A stretch of 64,000 nucleotides of DNA from Paraspadella gotoi (lineage: Eukaryota > Animalia > Chaetognatha), in the NCBI GenBank assembly GCA_051294375.1, contig CM119266.1, forward strand, positions 20,212,729 through 20,276,728. Direction: 5' to 3'. A program made the position numbers and the translations under genes. The notes beneath the pieces were generated by a model that was not told where the DNA came from, searched no databases, and saw nothing but the letters and a program-made list of their open reading frames with translations. Below are positions 12,886 through 25,138 of this stretch, in pieces (within the stretch, counting starts at the first letter, position 1; each line of letters starts with the position of its first letter).

Positions 12886-15800
12886 AGCTCTCTCTCTCTC
12901 TCTCTTTCACGCTGAAGTGGCGCTTTTTACGATTTACCATCCTTAACTGCCCTCCACCTTCGGTCCTTCCTATCCTCTTGACCCATTCCCCATACCCGGA
13001 TGGCGTCTAACGAACCTCTGTTTTTGTTGAGACTCACATCACACCAGTTGTCAAACTTGTATGCCTGAAGTATTTTCACTTCTACTAAAAAATATTAATT
13101 AAGTGTATTTATAATTAGCGGTTAGATCTGATTCGGCGTCACCTCTGTGAAATAAGGAGTTTTACACTTATTTGATATTTGTAATAGTAATATTAATATA
13201 ATTTTTATCTTTTTTTATCGTGTCGTGATTAGACTATTTTCCCAATTAGCCAATGATTAATTTACCGAACTGATCACTTCCGAATTTGCGGTGAATCCCA
13301 AATCTTTCTTCGTTCGCTATTTTTTAGCTTTTAAGTAATACCCGGTATTGACCCGTTTAGTTTTCGTTACGACCGGGTATTTTTCTTAGATTGAACTTTC
13401 TTTTTACTTTTCTTGACCTAGAACATTGACTGCCTTCTCCACCCTTCCCTTTTCCCTGAAGGTGGACGAAAATCGAGTTTTGATGTTAGCTTTTCTTTGT
13501 CGTTTCTAACGCCACCTCAATGTATTTTCGTTCTTTTTTCGTTCGGAGGTCGTATTTTTAGTCTATTTTTTGTTCTCCACCTCAATTTTGAACTAACTTG
13601 AGTTGTAAAGATACCAAATATTAAGTATATAATGTGTATTTTATTTTGGAGTTGGCTATAACTAACGTCAATATGTGAAACTGATTTTAAAAATGCATTG
13701 ACGTCTGTTATAGTCATTAAGAGATATATATGCTTGAATTTGATTCTTGTCGTTTTAATACAACTAATTTTTTTTTCGCTTCCATCTCTTCTCTGTTGAA
13801 CTCTCACTCTTGTCCACTATTTCGCTCGCTTCACTCTGCTTTTTTTTCTTTTTTCGCCTTGTTTCCTTTTCTTTTCTTCTTTGTCTTTTTTGTTTTTGTT
13901 TTCCCCTTCTTTTTCCATATTTTTTCCCTCTTTTTGTTATTCCTTTTTTCTTTGTTTTCTTCCTCTTTTTTTCTTCTTTTTCTTACTCCCTCTAATTCAG
14001 AGCTAGCAGCGGAACTCCGGACACGATTGTTTCGTCTTCTTCGCCGGAATGCGGCGTCAACAATCAAGGATCGGAGTCTCAAACATCTCCGGGTTCGTAT
14101 CTTTTTGAACATATAAGCCTTTGATGTCGTTTGTTCTCAATTGACTTTTTTAAATACAGAGGTAGCGTTGGATGCGCCCGGCCCTCCCGACGCTTATTTT
14201 TGCCCCGCGCTTCGCCCGCTTGACGAGGCGAAGAGATCCAAGGAGGAGTCGGAGCGACTCTCCCCGCCGTTGGTGCTAGTTACTCCGGTGCCGCTCAGAG
14301 GTGAGTCGTTACCTCTTTTCTTCCATATACTTAAAGATCGTCGCTAAAAATGTTACCTCCAATATTGTCGTTTCAGCGAGGGAGTTAAAAACGTCCCCGA
14401 CCTTGGCGTTAACAGAGTCCAATGCTCAGACAACCTCTCTATCAAATAACGAGGCGATCGATGTCAAGTCTACTGACAACGAGAATGTCCTCAAACCGTT
14501 GGTTAAAGAGGAGCCTAAGTCACCTGCGATCGGTTTCAATCCGCTCGCCAAGCTCGATCATTCGCAATCAAAGCTCCCTCTGTCCGAACTCAAAATGGAT
14601 AACAATGACAACATTAGCGTCACGCTTACTCTCTCCGCAACTGCGTCGCAGAATGTTCAGGCAAGGAGACTTTTTTAGTTCGATTTGCTTTGTTTTTTTT
14701 AACGATAAGTTTCGGTAAATATTTTTAATCATCAGGCGGTGATCCGAGCAGTGGCAAATCTACTTCAAGTAGCTGTTCCTTCTGAGTATGACTTTCAGAA
14801 GCTGGACGCTTTCGGGCGGCATTTTGGCGATAAAACTCATCACGTACTCGTAGAACCCCTTTCCCCGGAATGGGACGAAGACTCGGAGGAAAGGGTGAGT
14901 CTTTCCTCGACGAGACGCTAGTTTGTTCTTTTGTTTGTGCCAATTAACAATTATTTTCTCGGACGTCAGGAGGAACCTTTGTCCAAGGATGTGTCTCCTG
15001 GCAAGAAGAGCGGTAAGACGAAATACTGTCGTGAATGCGACGTCGTCGTATTGTCGGCCGGAATTCAGAAGAAGGTCTCCGAAATGAAGCACATCACCAA
15101 GATCGATCCGGTAGGACGCTTTCCGGGCCTTTCGGCTTCGAGGGAGCTGGAGAGATTTTATTATATACGGTCGCTTAACCTTCTTAGGAATTGAAAGACG
15201 ACGACGAAGTTACTTTTTGCTCCTCCAAATGCTACGTCCAATTTACTATTGGTAAGAGCACCATCGCCAAGACCGAACCGGTGGACGCGACCCAGACAAG
15301 CGCCCCGTCGCCCAATTCTTCGGCGCTTAAACCGCTCTCCGTTCAAACGGGAATCAAGGCATCGCCGTCGTCGTCTCCCCACGCTTCACCGACGGCACAA
15401 CTTTCTCCGCAAGTCAAGGTGCGTTCGATTGAAAAGATTATTTCGTTCAAAATAGAGAAGCATTGATTGGAATTTTTTTAGATGGAACCTGGCGCGCCTC
15501 CCCGTGTCCCTCCTATACGGATTCCCTTGGGCCGGTTGGGAGCAGACTCCGCCTCCGGCCTGTCGGGGCCGGGAGCCGAAGCTCCCGGCGCCAACAGGAT
15601 GGCTCCAGGCGTCAAGTCCCCACCATTTTCGCTCTTGCGTCAAGGATACGTAAAGAAGTGGAAGGGAAAACGGTGGAGAAAGTGGGATCACGGTACTGTA
15701 TTGCCTGTATCAAGAACGTAGCTTGTTCACATGCTTAATATTTCAATATAGCCAATTTCGCGTTTGGTATTTTAGGAATGGTGAATCGCCACAAGGAGAC

Positions 15801-18800
15801 AAAGAAACATTCCGACCCGGAAGTGGCGGAGGTCATGGACAGCCTTGCGATCGCTATCCGCGCAAAAACTCCTCAAGTGGATACGCCCACTTCTAGCGAA
15901 GTCGAAGCCAAGACCGAAACCCTAGAGGAGACCAAGTTGATTAATAGGTTTGTTAGAATTTGTTCGTCGGAATTACTATTGTACTAGTTTAAAAAAAAAT
16001 TATATCAAAGATCGGTCGGACTTTATTCTGACGCTACTCTGACGTTGGAAGATCGTCGTTGTTGCGTCCTATGCGCAATGTCGGGAGATGCCGACACGGA
16101 CGGGCCCGGTCGCCTGCTGAACATGGACATTGATAAGTAAGTCCGTCGTATACAGGGTCGTGTAGAGAGGTAGCCTCCACGTCCACAAAACAGAGGGGCC
16201 CATGGTCTATAATCCTAACTCAGAATATCTTTTAATTTTTAATTATTCGAATTATTTTTTGACTAAGTTAGATAACAAATTAAAAAAATGATTTGAAATG
16301 AATTTTTATAGAAGTTAATTTTATGGGTTGGGATGAGCTTGGTTTGGCTTCCTAGCGACCTCCAAGAAAATTGTGGAGGCCAGCTCTCTACACGCCAATG
16401 GTCGTTTGATTCTGTTTTAAAAATTTAATTCTAACATCTGACACATAATTATTGAGACAAAAGATTAAATGTGTTAGTTTATAACATTTTATTGTAAATA
16501 TAAATACAAAATATAATTTTTTAATACTAATAACGCAACAAACATGTTGAACCAAAAAAAGTCACGATTTTCTAGTGAAATGTGGCGTAGGGACCTTCAA
16601 TCGAGACGCCAGCTTTCTAGTAGAAAACCCAACTTTATTTTCCATTCCTTTCATGATGGTGCGCGACTGTCTTGCCGTGAGTTTTCTTGGCCGCCCTGCG
16701 CCTTTTTTGTGCTTGAGTGTATCTCCAGACTTTACTCTTTAAATAGATGGACGGCTAACATTTAGCTTAAAAAAATACTGTAAAGTAAATGCTGCTCCTT
16801 CTTGTTCATGATTTTGGTAGGATTGGGCAATGACTTGACGGCGCGCTTCAAAGGAAATTGACTGCATCTTGAAAACGCGCGGGCCGAAAAAAAATAAAAA
16901 TTCAGTTTGGTAGACAAACATTCTAGGTTTCATTTAAAAAAAAGGAGCTTTCTACGGCGTCCTGGAAGCCGTCTACAGGCCCCGGAAGCCGTCTCAATAA
17001 TTATTTGTCAGATGTTATAAACTAAACTGACTCTAGTAACGACCGTACTAAATGTTTAATTTTTTTTTTAAATGTTGAAACTCAGGTGGGTACACCTCAA
17101 CTGCGCTCTATGGTCTTCGGAGGTGTACGAAACTCTCAATGGCGCCCTCATGAACGTCGATGGCGCCGTCTCCCGCGGGGCCAAGGAAGACTGTTCCATA
17201 TGTTCGAAAAAAGGTAAAGAGATTTCATATTCGCCTTGTTTTTAAACGGCGTTTATATTTATAAAAAAAAAAAAACGAAAATAACCGCGTGTAGGTGCCA
17301 CTCTGGGTTGCTTCCGCCCGCGATGTCCTTCTATCCTTCACTTGCCTTGCGCTCGCGCGGCCGGCGCCCTCTTCTACCAAGACAAGACGCTTCTCTGCCA
17401 CTCTCATGCCAAGGCGCATCTCAATGACGACGGGGCCGCCGCCGCCGCTCTAGCCGCTGGCGTGTCGCCCAGCCTCTTAGGCGTGGCATTAGGCGAGAAA
17501 GACGGGCATCTCAAGGACTTATCAGTTTTCCGGTGAGTCATTCATAGAAAAAGATTACGTCTAACTTGATCCGTTTAAAACCCTGGTAAATTTATCCCTT
17601 TCAAGGCGCGTGTACATCAACCGAGACGAAAGCAAGCAAATCGCCTCTATCATCAATCAACAAGTAAGCAAGACGTTTTTCTTGGATAACCTCAAGAGTA
17701 AAAAATAAAAGATTGTTCATACGATATACGACCTTTTTAATCTCTTGTAGGCTCTAGAAGAGATGATGCCAGAAGAGACGGCGACAACGACTACAACGGC
17801 GTCCACCGACGATGACCCAACAGCCACTGCGGGTGCGGAAAATTCCAAGCCGAAATCTTCGTCGCCTTCTTCTGCGTCAGCTTCGACAGTCACGGCTGAT
17901 GTCGTCACGACCTCCACTCCAGATAAAGCGGATTCAAGGTCTGTGTTCTCACTTGGCTCTTGATGTAGTGATTTTTCAACGTCGATACTTTTTCCGTTAA
18001 TAGTGAATCAACAAGAAAGGCCGATACGGGCGTCAGCCGCTTCAATCTGCGCATCGGATCCATGATTTTCCAAAACGTGGGCCAGCTATTGCCGCATCAA
18101 CTCGAAGCTTTCCATACGGAGAATCACGTCTTCCCGGTAAGAGCGATTCTTCAGTTTTCCACATTTTCGCTTTTCTCCTTATGGCCGAAATTTTTTATTG
18201 CGAAATAATCAGATTTTTGGAGTTATGTCTAAAAACGGTATGAATTATGTAAAACATCGCCATTTTACCTTTTTATTTCCGTTCAATTTTTTTTTTTTTT
18301 TTTTTTTTAAAGCCTTTCAGTCTTTTTAGTGACGTACTCGCGGCGCAACTAAAATCTCTTGTAACTTTTTCGTTTCGATTGCAGGTGGGTTTCCAAATCA
18401 CGCGATACTACTGGTCAATGCATGCTTTGCACAAGCGTTGCAAATACGTGTGCAGCGTCGCCGACAAGGACGGCGCCCCGGAATTCGTCGTCAACGTAGA
18501 AGAAGAGGGACATCCAAAGAAAGAGTTTAGAGATTCCACCACGAAAGGAGCTTTTTTACCAACCTTGGACGCAATCGGTTAGCGACAGATCCTATCCTTT
18601 ATCTACGATACTAATAAATATCCATAGAATACAATGAGAAAAAGGTTTTTATTGTAGAAGTGAAACGAAATATCTCTCGCGGTACTAAGAAAACTTGATA
18701 TTTCTCGACTTTCGTCGTCGATCCCGCGATGGCGTCCGCGAACGAGTTTTCTCGTTCCTTCGCCTTGTAGTCGGTGACAAAGGACGTTCGGCTTTGCAGC

Positions 18801-21800
18801 CGCGATGATTGCGGCCAACCTCCCGACGATCGTTGTTTTTCTTTTTTACGTTTATGAGTTCGTCGTCGGTTGTTTCAACCGATTGATCATTGTCGAGACT
18901 TCCTTCTTGGGTCCCTTCCTCATCGATGCAATCTTCGTCTTCTGTTCCATCGCACGATTCTTTCACGGCCGCCGTCTCGTTTTCCGTTTCCTCCGATCGG
19001 CCATCGTCGTCTGCTTTTCCCTCGTCTTCAACTTTGGTTGAGTTCGATCCTCCCTCGTCTTCCTCTTCGCTCTCATCGCTCCCTAGCTTGTCGTTAGAGG
19101 AAGTCAGTAGAACTCGTCTCACCCTTCGTTCCTCTTTCAATCTCTCTCTTTCCACCGCGCGTTTTTCTTTCTCTTTCTTTCGTTCTATTTCCTTCTCCTT
19201 TCTCAATTTCTGCCTTTCCATGGCCTTTTCTCTCCTCGATCTCTCCTTTTCTTTCTCTCTCTCTTTCTCGATCTTTTCCCTTTCAATTCGCGCTTCTTCT
19301 AATTCTCTCAATCTTTTCAGTTCTTCCAGGATGCCGTTCATCAATGTGGCGAGTGTGCTGTCGGCGGACGAAGAATCGCTGCTGGATTTTGTCGTGCAAT
19401 CGACAGAATTAATTTCCACTTTGTTCTCCCCTTCGTCTTTCTTTAATTTTGTCATCTCTTTTCCCGTTTCTTTTTGCTTTTCCATTTCCATTTTATCTAT
19501 TTCTACGTCGTCTTCCATCTGTCCCAACCAGATTTCTTTTTTGCTCGAATCCCTTTGTTTTCCATTTTTTAAATTGACTTTTTCGAACCGCCCTTTTCTT
19601 CTGACCGCTCTCTGGAGTGAGTACAAGTTCTCAGGTCTCTCGTCCATATCCTCTGAATCCAAATCGCTCTCCCTCAACTCCGTGTACGGACTCCAACTTT
19701 TCCAACACGAATCTCCGTAACGTAATCGTTCGTTTGGCTTCGCCATAGTGTCAAAATATCCCCCTCGTTGCTTCCCCCCGATTGGGACGACGTGTAAATC
19801 TGTTAAATCGGTGTAATGGTTACAGCAAGATTGCAAAAAAATTATTGCATTTTATCCTACCTGGGAAAAATCTTCTTTCCCTCGTTTTCCATTTGGAGAA
19901 ACCAGTTGACTGAGTTTCGTCTTTATCTTGGTCGTGACTGCTTTTGTTAAGGTTTTCATCCGCGCGGAATTCGACGGAAGCAGTTTTAGAGGTGCTCAGG
20001 TCGTTTAGTCCGTGTGCCTTAACAATGGAATATAAATGAAATTGAAGTCATTGGCTTTCCCAATTTCCTACTTTTAATATGGCCTGTTTCCTCTCTTCCA
20101 TGGCCAGGATGGCGTCGCACTCGAAAATACGCGCCATTTGCGCCACTTCTGTAGTCAGCAGTAGAGGTTCCTCGTATTCGAGGCCAGGCTCCGACAGGAG
20201 GGACAACATCGACTGAAAAGTCTTGGCTATGCGGACGTAGGGAAACGCGATTATTAGTCGTTTGAGAAAGAGAATTTCTGAAGATTTTGATTTATTTTAT
20301 AAGTACCGTCAACTTCCTGGACTAATTGTTTGCAATTGACCGCTTGTGGAATATTTGGAAAGGTGCTTTGCACAAAGGCTTCGAAAAGCCTTAAAAGTTA
20401 AAGATAATTGGCGATTTTTTTTTTAATTAAAATAATTTGAGATTTTAAAAATGGTGATCTTTACCCGGATTCCTGAGCCAGCCAAAAAACGTCTAAATCA
20501 AAGAACCAATCCTCGTCAATGTCAAGTCGAATAACTGTCGATATCCCGTGACTCTTGCAGTAAGCTTTTTTAGCCTGAAGTTTATCCATTGCATTTGTAT
20601 GACTAGTTTGCTTGGTTCTATAACGCTAACCTAAGACCAAGATGACCTGAAGACTTTTCAATTCGCTAAGAATGGCGTCAGTTCTGTCACACTGCACTTC
20701 TACGTCATTGGTGGTTGGTCGCCCCTCCTCGTCGTGATGCCACTCGTCAAGTTTTACTGTACAGCGATAATTTTTTCGTTTTAAACTAAACTGATCGACA
20801 AAAAAAAATTTTAAGCAACCAACGTGTCGTGTAGAATCCCGTCAGTTTGGCGCAGAAACAATAGCGTTCGGGGCAGAAGCATCTTTTGCAGATTTTGCTC
20901 GTCGCGTTTTTGTCTCCCAGTGCCTTCGCTAGGGCCTCCTTGTCTTTCTCTTGTGATCCCTTTCCGACGCCGAATTTTGCTAGTATTCGAGCGACACGTT
21001 CATCCTCGGCGTTGACATCCCCGCTAGTCGCTTCCGCTTTAGCTTTGAGCCCAACTGTTGGCGCGGTTTTACGCTCGATGTTTCTGTTCCGACTCATCAG
21101 TGTCCTTTCGATGGAACTTGACCCATTTATGTGATATGATGACGAATAAGACGTAGTGGAAGTTACATATTAAAATTCAAATCGCAGATCATGAAGTCTT
21201 GTGAATATTTATTTATAAAAAAATCCTTTTAATTTTCGCATAGGGCGACATTTATTACTTAATAGAATAATAAAATTTCAAAATCGTTTCTTTAAAACGA
21301 GGTTTTTTCTTATTAAAAAAAAATATATTCATAAAAAGTTGGTAGACAAAAAAATATATATGTATTATGTAAATATTATAAAAAGTATATATTTCATACT
21401 GAAATTAGATTTTAGTCTAATTTCATCACTTTTTAAAGATCTTGACCAATTTAAGTAATTTGAAATAAGTTGTATTTCTTTATTAACGTTTTACTAGGAA
21501 TTCAAATATGCTTTCAAAATTAAAAAAAGAATTAAATTTTGAATTTCAAATTATGGGCTAATACAAAAATTGAAAAATAAAAAAAAATTATAATATGTAA
21601 ATATGTTCATGATCCACTATTCGATTTTAAAATTTTTACTGGGTTTTAATAAAGTTTGATTTTTTAATGTACAGAAGTTAAGCTAGTTATGATACGTATT
21701 CTTAACTGATTTGTAGGATTATTCCCATCTTCTCGGAAGGGCTGTAGGAACGAAACGATTCTATGAAATTAGATTATAGAGCTCGGTTTCAGCTGGTTGG

Positions 21801-24153
21801 AACTCGCTATTAGTAGACGGTTATCATTAGTCAAATAAAACCTGATTATTTCTGTCGTCCTGATGCGATTCTTCACTATGATGCTTTGATTTTTCTTCGC
21901 ATTGACCCATTTTCACGTCACTTCTAAGCATCACGGTCGAAGTCTTTCTATCGACTTCTTCACGAAGACGACTGCATTCTAATCCATCTTTAGGGTCCTC
22001 TCTTTTTTTATCTCCTCTGTGAACGAAAGAGGATTCGGAAGACGAGGGCGAAAGCGATGTCTTCTTCGTTCGACAACGAGGAATAAAAATATCCTTCGTT
22101 CTTCCCAATCCTAAAAAAAATTAAACGACTGGATTTTAAATCGGAGACTTGAAACCTGTTCTTCCATTTTGACTTTCCTCCATCTTTTATCTTCCTCCAA
22201 GGCTCCCGATCGGGCAATTCCTCACGTTCTTCGTTTTCAATTCTCCACCGCGCCTGATTCATTGTTATTTTCATATCTTCCTCTATTATATCGCGATACG
22301 GCGAATCCGCACCCCCATCTTCGCCTCGGCTTTGTGAGAAAGAGACGCGGACGCCGTCGCTCTCTTTGTTTCTCTCACAGATTTCGTCCCGATCGCCTGG
22401 TTCGTTGTAACTGAGAAAGCACTCGCCGATTCTTCTTCTTTCCTTAATCCTAAAAAGTTGCGCCCTTGTTGATTGTTTGATAGGCTGACAGTGAGGTAAT
22501 CTTCACTTATTCATAAATGTGGACCTCGAGCAAGAAACCTGTCTTTGACGACGTTATCCAAACCGACTAATGCGTCCTCTGAAGTGGCGCACATTGATGC
22601 TTTGAAACCCTCTAGAAAATTTGGCGCAAAGCCAGACATACCTCTTTTATTGAATTTCAGATTTGGTAATGGGTAGTGCCTTTTTGTAAGATTGATCCCT
22701 TTTCATTTACAGCAAAAATGCGCGACGAATCGGGCCTCGTTCATTTATTCCCTGACTACATTCAGGTGAGGGATACTGTCACTCAATCGTTTTTATTTTA
22801 TTTTTATTTAATTATTAGTTATACAATTACTTGCATGTTTGTCATTTCCTTTTTAAAACAGGGTGAGAATTTGTTTGGTCTCTCCGACTTGGCAGTGGTT
22901 CGCATTATCGAGTCGCTTCCCGGCATCGAACACATCAGCAATTACAATTTCCGTTTTGGAAGATCCCCACATATGGAACTGCCTCTTGCTATCAACCCTA
23001 CTGGTAAGTCATACAAACGTTGTTGTTGTTGTTGTTGTGGTACTCATATTGTGGTAAACACAAATAATTTCTTTTCTCTTCCAAGGTTGCGCCCGTAGCG
23101 AACCCAAACTGCGAACGCACTTCCAGTCCGTCCGCCCGCGGACTTTGATGACGCGGTCGATGGGATCTCGCCTCCCGTCTTCCGTCTCAGGTAAGCAATT
23201 CCACTCTGAGCACTTTTTTACGTTGCTCCTATCATTTTAATTAATGAGTCTCATTAATTCTTGAGTCTTATTTATTTTCAGGTATCACGGGTGTGGTTGA
23301 TCACAGTCCATACATGAAGCAGTTCATACATTCCAAGAGTCAGCAATACCGGAAATTGAGAACCGAGTGGCGCAACAACGTTTACTTGGGTAGATCGAGG
23401 ATTCAGGTCAGTTGAGGTTCTCTGACATCGAGCGACGCCGATTCCTCATACTCATAGCGACTCATCTTGTTTCTCTTTTTCTGCTCAGGGTCTCGGTTTG
23501 TTCGCCGGTCGCGACTTGGAAAAGAATACCATGGTGATAGAATACATTGGGGACGTGATTCGAAACGAAGTCGCCAACAGGCGAGAGAAAATCTACGAAA
23601 GTCAGGTAAGCGGGATTCATTCGTTCATTAGTAGAGAAGTTGGGAAATTTATGAGAATGTTTTGAACAAAGATTCAAATGATTTCACCTCATGAACTTGC
23701 ATCTTTAAATCATAGATTTAAATCGTCGATTTTAAATGTAAAAATATAATTATTTCAAGGCTTCACGCGTCGCTTAAACCTTTTTTTAAAAAAATCCAGA
23801 ACCGCGGGATCTACATGTTCCGCGTGAACGAAGACCTCGTCGTGGATGCGACGATCGCGGGCGGTCCGGCGCGATACATCAACCACTCTTGCTCGCCCAA
23901 CTGCATCGCAGAGGTTGTCGAGTTTGAAAAGGGAGGCAAAATCATTATCGTCTCCAATCGCCGGATTTGTCGCGGCGAAGAGGTGAGGGAGTTTTTTGAT
24001 CGCTTCGTTTAAGTTGCTAAGAAATTCTTCGTTACTGATTTCTCATTGATTTTTTGACAGCTGACCTACGACTACAAATTTGATTTCGAAGACGACGAGA
24101 CGAAAATCGCTTGTCTTTGCGGATCTCCAGTCTGTCGTAAATGGATGAACTGA
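1..24153 (+). CDS. KMT2C/D: Histone H3K4 methyltransferase KMT2C/KMT2D (MLL3/4, trr-like); multi-exon, 5' end outside window
   Basis: Spliced translation gives LXXLL-type motifs (NQLLKQLLQ), TPDTIVSSSSPEC (about 14010-14050), ePHD (RRCCVLC..GPGRLLNMDIDK/WVHLNCALWSSEVYE), FYRN (LRIGSMIFQNVGQLLPHQL..VGFQITRYYWS), FYRC, WIN motif GCARSEPK, SET (GGPARYINHSCSPNC) and the terminus LTYDYKFDFEDDETKIACLCGSPVCRKWMN* (TGA 24151-24153). This domain order is diagnostic for MLL3/4. Confidence 0.96.
802..1049 (-). mobile_element. Solo LTR of tRNA-promoter TRIM, divergent subfamily 2
   Basis: Minus-strand termini TGTGGCGG...GTTGCCATA; perfect 4-bp TSD ACAG (798-801 and 1050-1053); shared GCCAGTGAC-loop-GTCACTG hairpin; box A-like TGGCTCAGAGG and degenerate box B GTTCCATCC. 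Confidence 0.82.
1150..2190. mobile_element. Foldback/MITE-like element with long imperfect inverted arms, interrupted by a solo LTR
   Basis: gaactatcgaggcgaattt...ggggccc (1260-1310) is the imperfect reverse complement of gggccc...aaattcgcctcgatagttc (1682-1733). ggcttcatattataa (about 1159) pairs with ttataatatgaagcc (about 2168). Confidence 0.65.
1939..2157 (-). mobile_element. Solo LTR of tRNA-promoter TRIM, subfamily 1 (internally deleted)
   Basis: Closely similar to the LTRs at 35989-36242 and 36470-36724; perfect TSD GTAC (1935-1938 and 2158-2161); box A TGGCTGAGCAGG and box B GGGTTCAATCCC on the minus strand. Confidence 0.9.
2660..3020. repeat. G/T-rich low-complexity tract (degenerate GGT/GTT/TAT repeats)
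   Basis: Repeated gtggttatgg/gttgttgtag-like words. Confidence 0.6.
3302..7622 (-). CDS. BTB-BACK-Kelch (KLHL-like) protein nested antisense in KMT2C/D intron 2559-9098; about 13 exons, start codon uncertain
   Basis: BTB ([39 protein letters not shown]), BACK (CLDVTNCFTILQLA..VRFSQM) and Kelch repeats (YHYAATVFENNVYISGGE; HALSVGGGNIFALGGR; GHLVICGG..KAYEPKTRLW). The last exon splices in phase 1 and ends in TAG at 3302-3304. Confidence 0.88.
3820..4077 (+). mobile_element. Solo LTR of tRNA-promoter TRIM, divergent subfamily 3
   Basis: Termini TGTGGCG...TTCCATA; perfect TSD ACTT (3816-3819 and 4078-4081); box B-like GGGTTAAATCCC; GCCAGTGAC-loop-GTCACTG hairpin. Confidence 0.82.
12790..12906. 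repeat. (CT)n microsatellite, one of many similar (CT)/(GA) tracts between 27 and 60 kb
   Basis: Direct inspection. Confidence 0.95.
16011..17532 (+). CDS. KMT2C/D: KMT2C/D extended PHD (ePHD) exons 16011-16136, 17086-17213, 17295-17532
   Basis: GT-AG bounded exons read CCVLC..WVHLNCALWSSEVYETLNGALMNV..CSICSKKGATLGCFRPRC..FHLPCA..LLCHSH. Confidence 0.9.
16159..16394. mobile_element. Small MITE-like element with about 22-bp terminal inverted repeats
   Basis: cgtgtagagaggtagcctccac ... gtggaggccagctctctacacg flanking an AT-rich core. Confidence 0.55.
16432..17017. mobile_element. MITE-like element with 27-bp inverted repeats
   Basis: taacatctgacacataattattgagac ... gtctcaataattatttgtcagatgtta (one mismatch). 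Confidence 0.6.
18685..21097 (-). CDS. Nested antisense gene in KMT2C/D intron 18578-22712: Cys cluster, divergent BTB/POZ-like domain, charged coiled coil and acidic tail
   Basis: Phase-compatible GT-AG exons give MSRNRNIERK..CKRCFCPERYCFC..VIRLDIDEDWFFDLDVFWLAQESGLFEAFVQ..EVDAKTFQSMLSLLS..EVAQMARIFECDAIL. A long terminal exon follows (ORF 18685-19836, E/K/R-rich). The BTB call is pattern-based inference. Confidence 0.68.
21827..22450 (-). CDS. Putative further antisense coding exon(s) of unknown function in the same intron
   Basis: Acceptor near 22450 opens a frame IKERRRIGECFLSY...MKITMNQARW...; purine-rich coding-like composition; downstream frame ambiguous. Confidence 0.35.
23086..24153 (+). 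CDS. KMT2C/D: KMT2C/D WIN, SET and post-SET exons
   Basis: GCARSEPK; HSKSQQYRKLRTEWRNNVYLGRSRIQGLGLFA; MVIEYIGDVIRNEVANRREKIYE; ORF 23815-24012; last exon 24061-24153. Confidence 0.95.
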
Positions 24154-25132
24154 TATCTTTTTTTTTTTTTTTTGAAAAGAAGCGAAGCGAAAAAGAATTA
24201 TTTTTTAGTAGTGAACCCTTTCAGTCATTTTAGTACCTCTGTATTCTTTGTAGGTATTATTATCCTCCTCCCTCTTTTTAATTTTAAATGGTTCGTTGGT
24301 TCTCAACGGTGACTATAACAATATTCAATGCTCGTTTCTTTTTTCGCTAAACTCCCCAAATTTTGAAGTAGTATAACTCGAAAGATCTGACTTAAAAATG
24401 TTTAAATTGTGTTTCCAATTCTTAGTTTGTTTCAAATATTATTCATAATCGAAGTGGCGATAGCCTTTAAAAGCTTAGCTAGCACTCTAAATTCGTATTC
24501 ACCCAGTTAATTGTTTCTCTTTCATATCTATTTATACCTTTTGTGTACAGCATATAATTTGTAACTGTAACTGATTTTAAACTTTATCCAAAGTAAAACG
24601 AATTTCGTCGTGTTTGTCTCGGCATGAAGAATTTTAGTAGTTGCGTTAAAAAAGTGATAAATTGTTTTTCAAGTTAATGAAAATTATTATATTGATTTTT
24701 TCTTTTTTTCTTTTTAATTAGCTGAAGACAATTTTTTTTTCCATGATTTCCTTTTTTTCATATTTCCTAAAAATTTTAGTTACCTTATTTTCGACATTCC
24801 TTATAAATTTTATAATGCTATATACAGACATTTGCATTTAAGCTATATAAGCCGAGCATTTTTTTTTATTCAAGGTGTGTAAATTCTGTTTAGTTTCCTT
24901 TCCCTCCCCATATTCTATTTTTTTTAATTTTTATATTGTCGAAATTATTATTTTTTTCTTTGTATCTGAATCATGAAAGAAATTACTTTCTCTTTTAGTG
25001 TTGTAATGTATGCCGTGTTGTTTTTGTTGATATCTCGAAATTACAGGCGTTTATGTTCAAGGCTAGTCCTTGTTGCTTCCTCTATTCCTTAGCAGGATAA
25101 TTTACTGGGCAATTAGTTACATAAGGGGTTTT

Positions 25133-25138
25133 AATAAA
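25133..25138 (+). promoter_or_regulatory. Candidate polyadenylation signal of KMT2C/D
   Basis: AATAAA about 1 kb after the stop, following a U-rich 3' UTR-like region. Confidence 0.35.

Noticed and set aside
18890-19720. 276-aa Ser-rich + strand ORF
   Set aside because: Antisense shadow of the E/K/R-rich nested gene exon
21075-21105. Hammerhead-like CTGATGA...GAAAC on the minus strand
   Set aside because: No proper stem II or stem I; coincides with the start codon region of the nested gene
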